Below, piece by piece: positions 63,418 through 64,000 of a stretch of DNA of 64,000 nt. This DNA comes from a virus (lineage: Duplodnaviria; Heunggongvirae; Uroviricota; Caudoviricetes): positions 166,194 through 230,193 of the IMG/VR virus record IMGVR_UViG_3300040801_001810. One strand, written 5' to 3'. Made by a program: the position numbers and the translations under genes. The first letter of the stretch is position 1; each line of letters opens with the position of its first letter. Below the pieces are notes generated by a model, which saw only the letters and a program-made list of their open reading frames with translations, had not been told where the DNA came from and did no database searches.

Positions 63418-63583
63418 CTTATACGGAAATGATCCACAAGAACTACAAGCAGTAGCTGCTCATATTCGTAAACAATCATGTAGTCATGAGCTAGTTATTA
63501 ATGGCAAAGATGGTCGTAGAGTAAGTGTTGCTCACGGAGCATCGGTTAAACCAAGAAAAGTATTTGATGGACTTGTTGGATAA
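63314..63583 (+). CDS. hypothetical protein (overlapping frame)
   Basis: 89-aa ORF overlapping the previous ORF by ~100 nt. One of the two may be mis-called. Confidence 0.3.
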   Translation: MNSKKRTPLETTNQVKRKQGRLRQTAIYRKPVIIDLYGNDPQELQAVAAHIRKQSCSHELVINGKDGRRVSVAHGASVKPRKVFDGLVG

Positions 63584-63589
63584 TATTTT

Positions 63590-63683
63590 TAGGGCGGCGC
63601 TAATCGTGTTGAATAATTAAGGCTATGAGACCGAAGCGTAGGGTCTGCTAACACGAGCTGTAGGACCTGTTTCCGCCCTATAT
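63590..63683 (+). ncRNA. long imperfect hairpin / structured element (AGGGCGG...CCGCCCT closing stem with nested CGTGTT/AACACG and AGACC/GGTCT stems)
   Basis: Read directly. Immediately upstream of the suppressor-like tRNA. Confidence 0.3.
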
Positions 63684-63687
63684 TTTT

Positions 63688-63780
63688 AGGGAGATGGTGG
63701 AATTAGTAGACACGCACCCGTCTAAGGGTGTGTCTCCTTGGCCAGGAGACGTGTAGGTTCAAGTCCTACTCTCCCTACCA
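63688..63780 (+). tRNA. type-II (long variable arm) tRNA with CUA-containing, non-7-nt anticodon loop; candidate amber-suppressor or frameshift-suppressor tRNA
   Basis: AGGGAGA-T-G-GTG-GAATTAGTAGA-CAC-G-CACCC-GTCTAA-GGGTG-T-[GTCTCC-TTGGCCA-GGAGAC]-GT-GTAGG-TTCAAGT-CCTAC-TCTCCCT-A-CCA. The anticodon stem-loop can be drawn as a 5-bp stem + 6-nt loop GTCTAA, or as GCACC/GGTGT + 8-nt loop CGTCTAAG. T-arm nearly identical to the tRNA-Tyr at 49781. Confidence 0.5.
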
Positions 63781-64000
63781 ATTTTGGCTGGAAGATTTAA
63801 AATTAGCAACTCGGCTAAGAGGCCATGGGAAATCCTTGCAGGGTCATAGGTACAGCAAAGACTGCAATTTTACTTCGTGGTTGACGAACCAACAGCCAAT
63901 TCATTTTAGTAGCACTGCTCCAACCATGGAAAGGGTGCCAGAGTTAGCATCTACGGATAGCTACCGAGATAGATAAAGATTCTGCCTAGTTCTTGAAATC

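Noticed and set aside
63728-63976. Plus-strand 82-aa ORF at the window end
   Set aside because: Starts inside the T-arm of the suppressor-like tRNA and has no RBS. Region more likely non-coding RNA/leader.

Overview
This window reads as part of a large, low-GC (~33-35%) tailed dsDNA bacteriophage genome. Strong AAGGAG-type Shine-Dalgarno sites precede most genes, which suggests a Firmicutes- or Proteobacteria-like host. The window opens with a minus-strand block (1-11913) and then switches to a long plus-strand block.

Minus-strand block (1-11913):
- N-terminal part of a ribonucleotide-reductase-like protein that runs off the window start.
- A few small nucleotide-metabolism or ATPase genes.
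- A tail-fibre module: a LamG-like fibre, a sulfotransferase-like gene, a GLUG-repeat fibre, tRNA-Arg and an HNH endonuclease.

Plus-strand block, entered through a divergent control region (11914-12180):
- An early-type array of many small genes (12181-27000) punctuated by two recurring intergenic sequence motifs, which are candidate phage promoters.
- An iteron-like repeat array, a single-stranded DNA-binding protein, an ATP-dependent ligase-like gene and a DprA-like gene.
- A membrane/SPFH/vWA/PP2C/Ser-Thr-kinase cluster (33688-41488).
- Interleaved with it, a complete nicotinamide-to-NAD+ Preiss-Handler pathway (pncA, pncB, nadE). A distal nadD, a PnuC-like fragment, a NadR-like kinase and a DUF4326 gene extend the same theme.
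- A tRNA-rich region (44000-64000) with at least 12 canonical tRNAs, several anomalous tRNA-like elements, a tmRNA, a CCA-adding enzyme, an RlaP-type nucleotidyltransferase and a metallophosphoesterase.
- A DNA methyltransferase and a family-4 uracil-DNA-glycosylase-like gene.

Most notable findings:
- A multi-gene phage NAD+ re-synthesis set, plausibly a counter-defence against NAD+-depleting immunity.
- A TerY-P-like vWA/PP2C/kinase triad.
- A tRNA-repair-like toolkit.
- A suppressor-like type-II tRNA with a CUA-containing non-canonical anticodon loop.
- An apparently circularly permuted tRNA-like element.
- Two families of conserved intergenic motifs.

All calls rest on reading the sequence by eye plus motif knowledge. 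No database search was run.
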